Assembly (NCBI GenBank): GCA_023515725.1
Contig: JALDTO010000251.1
Coordinates: 744,001 to 808,000 of the forward strand
Direction of reading: 5' to 3'
Length of the DNA stretch: 64,000 nucleotides
Source of the DNA: Amoeboaphelidium protococcarum X5
Taxonomy: Eukaryota; Fungi; Aphelidiomycota
In this document: positions 1 to 14,067 of the stretch, one piece after another
Position numbering within the stretch: the first letter of the stretch is position 1
Layout: each line of letters opens with the position of its first letter
Translations under genes and position numbers: made by a program
Notes under the pieces: generated by a model
The model's database searches: none
What the model saw: only the letters and a program-made list of their open reading frames with translations
What the model was told of the DNA's origin: nothing

Positions 1-3000
1 CTCATCTTTACGCCGTTTGACTTTCTGGAATACTTTTTTCTATTTACCGCCCAAGTGATCTCTCAGATTAACGACAATCACTGTAAATGGGTCTGTCTTG
101 CGGTACCTCACCGGCCCTGTAAGACATCCAGTCTCTTCTCTAACACGACGAATGCGCCTCTTCTCATCCGGATACTCAGTATCATCATCCACGACATAAT
201 TCGCCTCAGTACTATGGGCAAGAGCAAAGTCACGGAGAACCATAGCAGCCTCAAGAGCATCATCTGCTTTCAGTCTAGCGATATCTATAGCAGTCTGAAA
301 TGATATGGTGTTCCAGAACTCACTAGATGCAATAATCATAAACTCGTCAGCATCATTGAGTTCGGTTGTAGATACATATGGCTAGGCATTAACATGAGGC
401 AATTGCTCGAACTGACCAAAAGACCGAGTGAGAGTGGCAGAATTCTCAACAACACCATCAGAGGAGACGAAGCCACCGGTCTAGCGAACTCTATGTAACT
501 CCTTCTTGGACTAAGATGAGAATTTCTACTCAATCTTAGACTGCTGAGCGTCTTGAGCAGCTACATTATCAACCGAGGATTTCGATGCTGAGGTATGAGG
601 CAAAGTGCCGACCAATTTAGCATAGGAACTCTTATCGGACTTCTCCAACTGAGTACTGCTAATTTCGCCACCAACTTTGATTTTAATGGCCGCTTAAGCA
701 TTCTGCATCGATACCAGATGGTGCTTCGTAGACAATGGTACCGCATTTCCATTTCTACTCAATACAGCCATTGCATCTCCACAGTTAGCTACAAACAACG
801 TTGATCCTACCAGATACGCAATCAGGCCAGATATTCCATGCTTAATCAATTTCAAATATGCTTCCTCGCTCAACTCTTCTTCGACACCTGCAGCATCGTC
901 ATCCATAAACTTGGCCCAATATTCAGACTACTGATCTAATCCATTAGGATTAATAGAAAAGTGACTGACGGCTTTCGCGATATCATCAGCCATAAGGGAG
1001 TTTTCAGAGGACTCGTCGATCGCGCCAATATTACTGTTATTGTTGTCCACTTTAAGTCTATTGCTACCTCCATTATTATTACTAAACGCGTCTATACCAC
1101 TCATCTTGCGTCTAAACTCTTTCAAACTTAACAATCTATTATATCCACCGCCACTACTAGGCTCTCCATGACCATGATCATGAGATTCTGAATGTTTCTT
1201 ACCAGACTTGGACTTTATAGGAATAGGGGCATCGAACGTTACACTAGCCTTCCTACCTCTGGACTTACTAGCGTTCAAATCCTCAGATGTATCTGTTGAC
1301 ACAAGACGCTACTTCTCTTTAGTGTCAACTTTATTCTCGACCGAGTAAGCTAGTCCGCCAAGATGTTTATTAATCAGCAAGAAAGTACGTCTCAAAGCAT
1401 TCTAGATTAACTAATTATCACTTGCTTGGACCAAAACAGCATCAGAATCTGCAGTTTACTCCTTACTTGAATCTTTATTATTAGCCTTCAACCGCTTTGC
1501 ATGACGTTCTTTAAAAATCTTCTTCAGCTCTGACGAGAACTTACTAACAAAGAAATCACTCAGCCATTTAGAACACCAGCTAGAAGTGCTGCTGCCGCCA
1601 TCGAAAAGCGCAAATATATCCTCATTACTAGACGCCACTTTGAGCTTTTTCAGCTAAAACAACTTATCCTTGGAATGACTATCATCAACGTAGTCCTTAA
1701 TATCATCTTTAGCAGACTGCAATATCTTTCCGTCAAGCAGAACCAAGTCCCATATGTTCGACTAATCATGAGCATTAAGAGAATCGGAAATACCGTAAGA
1801 AACTATAGGTACAACATTGAGCTAATCATTAGTTGCATTTTATATAGTTCCCACCATCTAAGTATTGACATTCAATCCAGGAGAAAGAACTACACTATTG
1901 CCTGAGGGCGATGTTAGTGACTACTGATCAAGACCTGAGTCGGCTCCAATCTACTTTCGCCAATGCTGACTAGCACCACCAGAGGCATATACTCTAATAC
2001 GCCTAGAGTTCGACTCTGCCGGAACCTGCACAAATAGGCCAACTTCCAGTAGATTGAGGAAGCGAATTTTACTTAAACTATCAAACTTTGTCAAGTCCTT
2101 ACCACCAGTATTGTCCTGATCTGCAATACGTTATCTCTCCTTTCGTCCGCTTAAAATAGGCTGCACAGTCTCAAGGTTTCTAGTCAAATTTGGCTTAATC
2201 TCCAGCTTTGAGTTACCTGAAAGATTGAGATAGCGCAACTCCAAGTTCCAATTCCAATTCCAGTCATACGGCCAGTTTGCAATGTTGAATCTCAGCTAAT
2301 TACGACCTGCATCCAAAACTTTCAGATTCGGCAACTTTCCAATCTCTGGAGGCAATGTGCCAAGTCGATTGCCATTCACATACAGCCGTTCAAGTCTTTT
2401 GAATAAGTACAAATCATCAGGGAGCTGTGTCAACTAATTCCCGGACAGAAACATTTACTCCAATGTATTCGCGGAATTTCTAAGCACCCCATTAGGTACA
2501 AAGAAGATGTCATTATGAGCTAAATTCAACGAAATCAAACTAGATAGATAAATCGTGAAGGTATCGAACACGGTACTTTCCAGACGATTATCGGCCAATG
2601 ACACCCATTACAACTAAGATGCAAGAGGGGCTGACAAGGCAGTTGTAGATCCACGCGGAGATATATTCGTCAACTGGCGCAGATCAGACTATGAAGAATT
2701 ACGTCCCACGCGCTCTCTCAGAGTCGACGCAGACTGCAAAGTATTACTAAGACTTTGACCCTTAACACTTGGCTCAGTTTCTGTCAAAGTAGCTTTACCG
2801 TCACTCAAATTCAAAATAGAGGAAATCAGCTTCTTCTTATCTTCAGTAGTGGCCAGCGATAGAGTTGCATATGGATTATCAGGAAATTCCTCAATCACAT
2901 TGCTACTCAAATTGAGAATCTTCAAAGGCATCTCCCAGATATCAACCGGCACATCCTTAATATTATTCGCATGTAAATCCAGGATCTCAAGACATTGACA

Positions 3001-5937
3001 TTCCTTTATCCCAGGTGGAATGCGCGTGATTGAGTTGTGAGTAATCTCCATTCGAACCAGCCTCTTTAAAGAAGATATCGAAGTGGGAAATGTGGAAATC
3101 TAATTGGAATTTAGCACCAAAATTTTCAAGCCTGGCGTGAAGTTGAAAATATCCTCAGGTAGAAACGCCAATTTAGAGGAGCAGACAACCAGTGAAGTCA
3201 AATTTGCAGCACTTTATGACAATTGTAACTACAACAGACTAGTATTGCGATGAGAGACAATTGTGGACAGATTAGGGAGTGCATCGCCAATCTTCAAGCT
3301 AGTAAACTCATTATTATCGAACAAAATCTTCTCGAAAGGCTTTTCATTTCCATTATCATGGCTACAAGAAGTTGCAATAGGAGAGTTCTAGTTAAGCTGG
3401 TCATTAGATTGGCTCATCTATGGCAAAGCTTTCAAAGAATTATTGTAGCTGAGACAAGCAGCTGCATTTCCTCTTAAATGATTTCCACGGACATCCAAGA
3501 ACACCAGCGAATTCATACCGACAGTGATACTGGAAGGCAGCGCAGACAAATAGTTATTGGAAAGGCTAAGCGTCTTCAAACATTCTAAGCGATAGCCAAA
3601 GTCACTAGGCAAATCTGTGATGAGATTATGACTTAGATCTAAAAACTGCAAAACATTAGCACCATCTTCTACGGGACATATTTCACTAAACGGCTACTCA
3701 ATAACACCAGTCAAAGTTTAGGATTTAATACCAATAAGAAGAATCGACCTTGGAAGTTCATTCTTGATCCAATTACATGACAAATCCAACCTTTTCAACT
3801 AAGACCACTTACGCAACACCTATAATGGAAAACTTTTGCGCCCGTACAGATGATTATTGGATAAATTCAGCTCCTGTAATCCGGTCAAACTTTCCAATCC
3901 TGAACCTGAGAGCCTAGAAATCAAATTTCCACTCAAATCTAAACTGATCAAAGCGGTGCACATGCTAACTGCGAGGGGCACTTCCGAGAGCTAACATTTC
4001 TTCAAGGTTAGTGATGTCAGAGATAGGAACGACGCAGTTTGGCCGGAAGTGAGACGCAACATGATGTTATATGATAAATTCAGAACACTCACTTTGTCCG
4101 CACTCTTAACCACAACGTCAGGCAGACTATCTTCTAAATTCATATACGACAAGTCGAAATCAGTAAAAGGAATCTACTCTTTCCTGTCCATTCGAACCAG
4201 ATCAGCAATCTTCTATTCAGTCTAAGAGCCGAGCTAAAGGGACTAATTATTACTCAAATACGAGCTTATTCCATTCCAGGTTTTCTAAAATGCAGAGATA
4301 TTACTGTAGACCCAACGATACAAGTAGGAATTGTCTTCACGCAATATGTCCGGAAATCTATCAATCGCAGGATCATATCCAATTTCAGACAGCATAATGT
4401 ACTAATATGGTAGAGGACGCTCATCAGGCTCAATTAAAACTTCCACTTCTCTCCGTACCAAGTACAATTTATAACTCTACGCCTAATCAGCCGGAATAAA
4501 AAATTTCTTCGCCAGCAGATTACACAAATCTCTCGCTGTGCTGTTCATGGAGCAATTCAACGTGACAAAAGTACCCTCCCGTCTAAACACTCTGACTACG
4601 GTTGTCTCAGGCCTACTTGCAGCCGCAACACTAGACGCTTGAGATGATAAATTAGAAGACTATTTCTACATCGATACTGTAGCTGTTCTTGCTGGCTTAG
4701 GCGACCGCTTACTGTTCGTTCGCAATATATTCTTAAAATGCCAAGCTTCCGGGATAGCATTCATAGCATTCTTTAACTATTGCTACTACTGTAAACTCTC
4801 GGAGCTAGACATGGACTCTACATTCGACAAAGCCGCTGACGATGTTACTGCAGCAGGAGCAATCTTACTCTAATCCTTCGGCTTAGTAGACGGAAGAGGC
4901 AACAGAAAAGGAAGCTTACTCTTAAGATCCATCATACTGGACTATCGCTTATCAGGAGCAGGAGAATCTGCACCACCAGCCTGAGATGTCTAATTTTATC
5001 CATCTTTCTTACGGTTTCTGCTAAAGCGAAAAGACGACTGTCTATTAATCGCAGTATCTAATTATTGCTACTACAACTCTACAGACTTTTGCTTTTTATT
5101 ACGCTACCTCATAGCAATTTAATCTTGAGAGAATGGATTGACCAGAGACTCTTCCTCGCTGTCATCACTCTGATCCAGCACATCGTTAGATTAATCTTAC
5201 ATTCTACTACTATAATTATTATTATTATTATTATTATTCATTGGAGTTGGAGATATTCTAGCATCCTTCTTCACACTTTATCTCTGCTTTAATTTCTCCA
5301 GATACTCTGTGTTAAGAATATCAGTGAGGTCCATATCGACATCATCCATAGTCATGGCATTGAGCAATGTCTCGGCAGAGCCACGAACATTCGGAATCTC
5401 CTACCCACTATCAGTCGTTGTCACTTACTTTTAATCATCGGGCTAGCTACTAGCGGACTAAATGGAACTGAGTGAAGCTATGGGATGATGACCTTTGCCG
5501 ATATTGACTTGATGTTTAATAGGAATTCTGGGCACTGGAGGAATATCCTCTTAACTGTTATTAGAGGATGATGATGATCCCTGAGTCGTCGAAACTCCCT
5601 TGTTTGAACTATTCGAAGACAGACGTCTAGGTAGACTGAACCATTGAGCAAATCCACTCTTATGGGATGTATCACTGCTTGAACGCTAATGATCAATAAC
5701 AGCAACACCTTACTTCTTACCGACAGAAGCAGAAACATTAGGCTACGGCACAGGCTGAAGTATATCCATCTATGAGACTGATGGCGATGATTTGCTGTTA
5801 GGAATACCAACCAGGTCTTTCTGACTTGTCGATGCACCACCAGCATTACTTGACTTCTTCAAAAATGGTACTTTATCCTTCAACTTTTTAGATATGCTAT
5901 CATTAGATTTCTAAGATTGAAGATTGGATTAACTCAT
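1..5937 (-). CDS. CYR1: Fungal-type adenylate cyclase, N-terminal ~1980 aa (Ras-association domain, LRRs, PP2C-like domain); the catalytic C-terminus lies beyond the left edge
   Basis: With TAR=Gln there is one frame from ATG 5937 that joins track ORFs 3418-3651, 2689-3051, 1456-1638, 928-1302, 694-906 and 40-339 (all same frame). It contains an RA-like VRVFRREGTFVTLNC, many LxxLxLxxN repeats, the YDWNWNWNLELRYLNLSGN motif typical of fungal adenylate cyclase, and PP2C-like LFVANCGDAMAVLSRNG. Confidence 0.9.
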
Positions 5938-6449
5938 ATCTGACAACAAATGTATACGGTTAATAATTATAGACAACAACGACGAATTTACAGAGATGCA
6001 ACTAACAATATAGCAAACGACTATTGACAATTACTGTAGAATAAATATAACTATACAGGGAACTAACTATAAAGTGTGATACCTCCAAAAATGTAATAAT
6101 ATTTATGAAATGGAATATTCTGGGAAGACCCGAGAACGAGGATCAAACAAAGATCAAGTGAAACATCATCAGAATGTCTGAACCAAACATTGACAGAAAG
6201 GCGCAAAGTGCTTGAGGACCGTCTGAAAAAAATTAAATTCTTTGAAAGAGATTGCATTTTTATAATTAAGCTTACATTTGGTGTTAATCGTTTGCAGCAC
6301 AATGTAGAAAGAAAACGCGAGAGAATCATTGACGATGAATTCGAGTTCTCTTTAGTTTTCGGAGTGAAATCTTCACCGTCTCGATCGCCAAAGCTTTTAC
6401 TCATTTTCCATTAAGGGCTCAATACAATTGCAGAAATATTGGTATAATT

Positions 6450-7208
6450 ATGGAATCTGACAATAATAATAATAATAATAAAGAAATAAAACGACCTCTG
6501 GATAATCTTCAATAATTCAAGCAAAATATCGATAAATCTGGCGTAGTGTACATGTCTCGTGTCCCTCCGCATATGGAGCCGCATCACATCAAGCATTTGT
6601 TATCGAAAATTGGTCAAATTGGACGATTGTACTTCACACCCGAAGATGAATTCACGCGTATGCGACGTATAAAGAATGGCGGCAGTAAGAAGTTGCAGTA
6701 CAAAGAAGGGTGGATTGAGTTCAAAGATAAGAAAGTGGCCAAGGCTGCGGCCATGCAATTGAACGGCACTCAGATGGGAGGCAAGAAAATGTCGCAGTAT
6801 CACGATGACTTGTGGAATCTCAAATACTTACCCAAATTCAAGTGGATACACCTGACTGAACAGATGGCATATGAGCGGATGGAACGCGCCAAACGAATGG
6901 CTGCAGAGACTGACGTTGCCAAGAAGAATGTTTAAAATTATCTGGCTCAAGTTGAACGCGCTCGTGTCAAAGAACAGATTGAAGCCAAGCGGAGAGTGAA
7001 GCGAGAACGCGACGAACAAGCCGATGGAAAGTCTATGATGAGCGATGATTAGAGCCATTAGAATAGAACGCCTCAAGGACAGGACAATGGTGGGGAGGAG
7101 AAGAGGAAAACATTGCAAAAGAGATTCAGACAGAGAGCTGTTGTTGACGATGAAGACAGTTCCGCGCCTAAAAAGTCTCACAAAATTTTATCAAAATTGT
7201 TCCATTGA
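6450..7208 (+). CDS. ESF2: Pre-rRNA processing protein ESF2/ABT1 (RRM)
   Basis: GVVYMSRVPPHM...EGWIEF...LNGTQMGGKK...DDLWNLKYLPKFKWIHLTEQ; ATG 6450 to TGA 7208 in frame (252 aa) with TAR read as Gln. Confidence 0.92.
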
Positions 7209-7518
7209 AATCTAACTCTCTTATAAAGTATTATACTAGACAGCTCTACCTGGTTTTTTTTGTTTTAATTTATCTTATTTTATTCTCAGTATTAACTGCA
7301 CCATGGGCCTGTCTGTGATATATCTATTCGTCATTTACAGTGCAGGGCTGATGAGATTTGCGCAACCGCTTTAACATTTTTTTCTTCTTTCAGTCGAACG
7401 AACGCGATCAAATTATTTTGGTCCGCAGTGGTGATAATTATTATATTCAACCGAATCTATCTAGTAATCAGTCAGTCAATCAGTTGGTCTGAAGATAGTC
7501 GTACGGATAATTTTTAAA

Positions 7519-10500
7519 ATGTCATCTACAAATAAGAGTAGTGCAGATGCTACAGGTGATAATAATAAGAATGTAAAGAAGGATACTTGGGGGAAGATTG
7601 CTGCAAATGGGGCCGTCGCCGCAGCATCGCGTCAGTAATAATCCGGCTGGTCAACTGTCGGTGGTAAAGGTAAAAGTGGTAGTGGAGTGAGTGGATAAAA
7701 CGCTTAAGGTGGTATGAATTCAGGGAATGGTGGTAAGAGAGGTTCTGTGGGAGATACCAGGCAAGATCAGAAAGGGAAGGTGCCATCAGCCTCTAATGCC
7801 GGCCGCAAGAGCTTCGGATAGTAGTAGTAGCAGTAGCAATAGTAAGGGACTTACAGCTCTCGTGTTAGTTCCGCGTCAAGTTCTTATTCCAGTACTGTCG
7901 CTCGTAATGGTAATAAGAGTGCACCCGTGCCTGCTAAAGCTAGTAGTCCTGTCGTTAATTAGAATCAGGACAGCACTCATAACGGTTGGAAGGCGGATAA
8001 ATCAGCCAGTAGTGATCCTGTCAAGACTAGCCCCGATGCTCCGTCAGATGTTGTTAAACAGAGTGAAAAGGTTGTGAGTAAAGTGGATGATATGCCGCCA
8101 TTGTCTGCCCCGGCTAAGAAGCCTGTGTTGAGTTATGCGTCAATAGCTTAGAAGGATTTGCCTCAATAGTAGCAATAATCACAAGATAGTTTGTCTTCTA
8201 GCAAGAGTTCCATTGGATCAGAGTAGAAGAACACTACTGCTACTCCATCTTAGAATAGACCTGTTGTGCAGAGTAAGCCTGGTTAAACATCTGCTACCAA
8301 GCCAGCTATTAAGTTTGGTGACTTTGATGCGTAACCGGACGTGGTTGGTATTGATGACGTGCCTAATGCTGACTCCAAGCTTAATGTTGAATCTGTGTAG
8401 AAATCTTCTGAAGAGTCTGTTGACAATAGTGCTAAACAGGACACTAAGGATTTGAAGTAAGGGTCCTCTGAAGGTATAAAGTAAAGTGATTCTGTATAGA
8501 GCTCTTCGGACCTTGGATAGTAGAATGATCAACAGCAGTCTGTGCAAAATAGTGATAGTAGTAAAGAGTAAAAAGCTTCATCTGGTGAGAATGTGCGTGA
8601 TCCTGAAGCCAACATTACGCACAGAAGTAAAGATACGCGAAAGCCATATGGTGGACAGAGTCAGTATTATTCGTAAAAGTCATCCCAGTTTTAGCCAAAT
8701 TATAACGCGCCGCCTTTTGGTGCATAGATGCCTTTTTACCCAGGGTATCCACCTGCAATGTACATGGTGGATCCTAGCTATGGCTACTTTCCTGCTCCGT
8801 ACGCTCCACAGTTTGGCGATGCAATGGTGCCTCCACCACTACAATAGCAGTTATCATAACAGAGCGCTGCGTCATCTAATGTATCTACGGTGTCTTCTGT
8901 CTCAGGCTCGCAGAATCCTTCATAGCTCAACTTGTCCGTTGCGTAATCGGCATTAACATAAGGAAAGCCTCCCGTGTTTGGATAATAGTCTACATCAAGT
9001 GTTGGCGGTGTTGGTGCAACGAGCGCGTCGTCTTCAGTGGCTGGTGCTCCAGTGTCATAAACTCCATCCAAAGTTGGATCATTTGGTAATTTGAGCTCCA
9101 CAGATTTTGTTAGAGCTTCCACCAAGAAGAAGGTTTTCCGCTTAGTCGATCCTAATACTGGTCAAGAAATCAAGCTGCCTGCAAAGTAGGTGAAGAAAGA
9201 TTAGCCACCTGCAGGAGATGAAGCTTAGTAGGAAAAGTCTAATGATGAAGTCAAAGAAAGCAAAGTGGAGATTAAGCAGGCTGATGCTGGTGCTGCAGAA
9301 GTTGGCTAGAAAGTAGTTGATGATGCTTCTCAGTCTTTGTCATCTACTGATAGTTAGAAAGCCGCACAATAAGATTCACATGATTAGAAAGCTGACGTTA
9401 AAGAGCCTGCAGCTGTCAATGAATCTCCTGCTCCGACAATATCTGAGAAAGTAGTTGAAAACCCAGTAGATAAGCAAATTGCTCCAGCTAGTGAAGCTGT
9501 GAAGTCTTAATCATAAACTTAGGAGAGTAAATAGGAAAAGGAAGCCGATACTGCTGACAGTAAGGCTGTCGTAGAGGAGCCTCCGGTTAACAAGACTATT
9601 GAGGTTAAATAGTAATAAGCTTAGCCATAGTCTTCAAAGCCCACAGTTGAACAGAAGAATGCTTCTGGTTCTCATGACATTAAGCCAGCTGTATCCGAGA
9701 ATGCAAAGGATAGTCACTTATAAGGTAAAGAGCAAGAAGATGAAGTTGAAGTTTTGGACGCTGGCAAAGTTGAGTAAAAGCAGAATGTCAATGTAGTTTC
9801 CAGTCCACTTGAAGAGGGCGAGGAGCCTGAATCTCTTGAAGAGCACGGTCACACTGTCACGTAGGATGGTAAGAGAATATACACTATCGACTTTTTGCTG
9901 TCATTGAGGGATCAGTTTAAGGAGCGTCCTGCCGATTTACCGTCTATGGAGGCTATTTTAGGTGAAGATGCTCCTGGCTAGAGAAGACAGTCAAAACAGA
10001 GAGGCAGTGCTGATCACGGCCGTCCACTGGCTGGAAGACAGACTGATATTATGCCGTCTTCTATGAAAGGCTCGAGGTACAGCGGTGTATAGAGACAAAC
10101 TTCTGGCAAAGCCCCTCCGCCTGGCCTCCCACCTGGATTGAATGTTAAAGCCGGTGGTAATGCTCCAACGCAATAATAAAGAAGATCTAGTCATGCTTTT
10201 GGCTCATTCAAGTAGAGCAAATCCGATAGAAGATCTGCCAAGAATCAATAGCCTGACATCTCTATTTTGAATCAGACCGAGGATAGATGGATGCCTTCAG
10301 CTCTGGCAGCGCCTGGACAGATGGAAGCAAATGAGAAGATGAAGAGGCAGGTGAGAAGTTTCTTGAATAAGCTCACCGTGGAAAAGTTCACGCAGATATC
10401 AGATAAAATGGTATTGCTTCCTCTGGAGAATGCAGACATGTTGAAAGATATGATCCAACTTATATTTGACAAGGCTACAGACGAGTGGAAATTTAGTGAA

Positions 10501-11799
10501 ATGTATGCTCAGCTCTGTCTGAAATTGTGGAGAAATCTAAAGGAATTCCCTCAGTCTTATTATGATGCTTTGAAGTAGGATGACCCGGATTTTGATTTGA
10601 ACAATATCACAATCAACATTCTGTTCAGAAAGCTTCTGCTGGCTTAATGTCAGTCCAGTTTTGAGGAGAGAACTAAATGGGCCAATGCTGAAGCTCTGAA
10701 TGTGACTGATGAAATGTCCAAGGAGGACCTAGCTAAAGTGGCAGAGATTGAGAATGAAAGACGTAAGCAGAAGCGTAGATACTTGGGTAACGTCAAGTTC
10801 TTTGGTCAGCTCTTCAAGGCTGGTATTTTGAGTCATGCCATTATTTACAGGATTTTCAAGAGCTCTCTATCCGATGAGAATATGAAGAATATGGAGGAAG
10901 AGGAGGCGGAGAGTTTGTGTGATTTAATGATCACCGTGGGAGAGAAGATTGATCAACAGGATGCCAAGGGCTATATCGATGAGATTTTCTCTAGGCTCTC
11001 TGCGCTGAGTAAAGATTAGAAAATTTCGATGCGCGTCAGGTTCAAGATTTAGGATGTTATCGAACTGCGGTAGAGAAAGTGGTAGTAGAGAAGTGATGCC
11101 AATCTCATTGCAACTGGTCCGATGAAGTTGGATCAGGCGAGAAGACTTGCGGAGGAATAGGCTCAAAAGTAGAAAGGTTTACCCCCAGTTGCACCTCGTA
11201 GATCAGATCCGCCAAAGAGAGTCATGTCTAATGGATGGAATGTCGTATCCAATTAGAAGTCGGCCACTTCGTCCTCCGCATCTTCATTTGGTAGCCAAGG
11301 GGCCACTGGTGGATCTTATAGCCATGATAACTTGAACACCGCCAGGTCTGGTCGCCCAAAGCAGAGAGGATTCAGTAGTAGTGGCAGTAGAGATTTGCCA
11401 ATGTCAGAGTCACAGAGTAGCCTCCCGAAGTCTGTATCATCATCCCAGGAGATGGAGGAGAGCACGTCATCTTCGGCAAACATATTCGATGCCCTGAATG
11501 ATGATGCGAGTCAGGATGAGGAAGATGTCGGTGATCAGGTGGATAGTTCACAGGAGGTGGAAGTTGCAGCTACTCCAGAAAGTGTTAATGATCAACAAGT
11601 GGACAATTAAGAGGTAGGTCAAGAAACTACCGCAGAGACTCTTACAGGCAAAGATGAAGCTAGTCAGTAGAGTTAACTTTAAAATGATAAAGAGGAACAA
11701 GTGGTAGTAGAAGAGAAAGAATAGAATAAGGAATAACAGGTATAATAATAGTAGTAGTAATAGGATGCTGGCAGAGATCGAAATGCAGAATAAAAGTGA
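7519..11799 (+). CDS. eIF4G: Translation initiation factor eIF4G (eIF4E-binding YxxxxLL motif plus MIF4G domain; no obvious MA3 domain)
   Basis: Single 1426-aa frame. KRIYTIDFLLSLR at about 9870-9910; MIF4G segment VRSFLNKLTVEKF...IFDKATDEWKFSEMYAQLC...RRYLGNVKFFGQLFK; long low-complexity N-terminus. Confidence 0.92.
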
Positions 11800-11901
11800 G
11801 GAAATGATCAACAAATTTTTTATATCACCACCTAACATTTCACTTCTTTGGTTATTTTAGTATCATAAGTTGGACAGCTTCGACTCATATACAGCAGATA
11901 G

Positions 11902-12896
11902 TCAATTGGATTTCTTCTAAGCAACCAGAACTTGACCAGCCAGCCACTCCTATCCCGGCTACAATTTAACTGGCTTATCAACAGTACCAACCTCAACACA
12001 GACCATTCTCTTGTACTCTTGATCATCAAAATCTGACATTGCCTTCGCCTTGTCCGCCCACGGATTCCACACAACAACATCGTTGAAATTGAAAGGCTAG
12101 ATGATTATATGAGGTTCTACACTTGACTTGTCTAAATGTATTGTCAGAGAATCGCGTTTACCACCATCCACATACACTCTATCAACCTCTTGATTGAAAG
12201 TAATGTCGGACTAGTCTTGTGTTAGCAATTGGCCATTCTTCACTTTATCTTTGTACTGGCAACCAGATAGTCCACCTACGCGTGCCTACTCTATTAATTA
12301 TTGACCTAGATCAAAATAAGTATGCAGCAGTGAAGTGAATTGGAAAGTCTTTTACACATGCACAGGATTAATCACATGAAGCACAGTCTTAAGCGCAGAG
12401 CCTGTCAAAGTAACGGTGTAACGCAGAGTAAACTCGTAATCCCAAACAGCTCTGGTGGCAGCATTACTTTACAATTCAAACGTTGCACTAACAGTACTAT
12501 CTTTACCATCAGAACTGGAGATAAATTTAAAGGTCTGATTACGCGCAAATCCATGCTGCGGCAGTGCACCAGGTCCGAATTGAGGAAACACTATAGGTAT
12601 TCCACCTCTGACAGCCTTACTCCCATCCAGAATCGCCTTCTTGCTACATTGATTAAATGCAGATGAAGTTAGCGGAATATTGCAATGCGGACCGATAGAG
12701 AATACCTCAAAAATAGCTGCTCAACACCACCAACCTTCCATGATAATACGGTAGCGCCTACATACTGTACAGTAACATCTTGACATAGTAAGCGACTCAG
12801 AAAAAGACTTGTAGAATTACCATAAAGCAACACCTCAGCGGAGGAATTTTAAGTAGATAAAATGATTCTATCTGATTTCTATTAAACTTCAGGCAT
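11902..12896 (-). CDS. Glucose-6-phosphate 1-epimerase / aldose 1-epimerase family; 2 introns (12758-12820, 12644-12705)
   Basis: Spliced product reads YGATVLSWK...[41 protein letters not shown]...LHTYF...VVWNP; GT-AG introns; TGA at 11902-11904. Confidence 0.88.
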
Positions 12897-13204
12897 ACTT
12901 ATTATGAGTGAGGTGAGTAGTAATATGATATATGAAAGTCTTCACTGAAAACCGTTCTCCCACTAAAGCAGTTCAAACAGAACGATTTGAAGATTTGAAC
13001 GCGACGCGAAACTTGAACGTTCTACCGACTTAGCTAAAATGCTGATGATGATGATCGACGACTGTAAGTACTGATGACACAACTCTTACAACAGCATGAG
13101 AAACACCCCCTCGCATTTATAACGCGAATAACTGAGTATAAAATTTGCTGAAGACTCAAAGTTCATTCCAAAAGTTTACATCAAAGTAAAATTAAGTATT
13201 ATCA

Positions 13205-13981
13205 TCATTCTACCTTTTAAGAAGTTGATCTTAAATGAGAAGTGATAAAGTCAATGATGACGCGCCTGTTCAAAGAGTCTTGCGGAACGAGATGCCCGCC
13301 GATGTGTTCCAGAATCTGAGGTGACTTGAAGGCTGTGCTGAGCTCTCGTGAAGCTTCACATGCCACCACTCTATCTGTCTAGCCGAATACATGCAGTGTT
13401 GGAGGATAGTCAATACACTCATTAGATGATAATAAAGAGCGATGCTGCGTCAGAGCAGATTTATATCCAGCCACAAGTACAGCGAATTTGACTTCAATCA
13501 CGCGCTCAGCCAGCAGTATCCCAACTAGAATGGCACCTTATGAAAAGCCAAATACACCGTCAAATGGTCCCTACAACATTTAAATTTTTCATTCATAATA
13601 CGATGCATAATAAAGATGACAGTCACGCTAAAGACATGCTTACATTGTCAGCTATATAATTCTTGATGAATTCAATGCTCTACTCAAGTCCACAGTATTC
13701 CCATGTGCCATCATTGTGTTACAATTTCCTAAACCAACAGAACGTTTCCTCTGTTAGATCGACAGATTCATCCTCAGGTTCAGTAACAACATGTGGAGCT
13801 TAGAGAAAGTCCATCACACAGTTCTACTATTTGGCCAACTGTTTCCGAATGGCAGACACTTATCGCCTGAAGCGATCCGCAGTTTGACCATATCCATGAA
13901 GGCATAATATCTACACACACTGACATATTTACACGCGATTTGCTGTTGATAATAGGGACTGTTCAGCATTACCTTTGACAT
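13205..13981 (-). CDS. FSH1: FSH1/OVCA2-family serine hydrolase; 2 introns (13911-13972, 13571-13643)
   Basis: MSKILCLHGYGQ...GPFDGVFGFSQG (nucleophile elbow, Q encoded by TAA)...LHVFGQTDRVV...EHIGGHLVP; exon lengths 9+267+366 keep the frame. Confidence 0.88.
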
Positions 13982-14067
13982 ACTGTAGTAATTTATACTT
14001 TTCACGATAAGAACACGTTTGAATACATTTAAAAAAATGATAACAAAAAATGATAGGATTTTATACA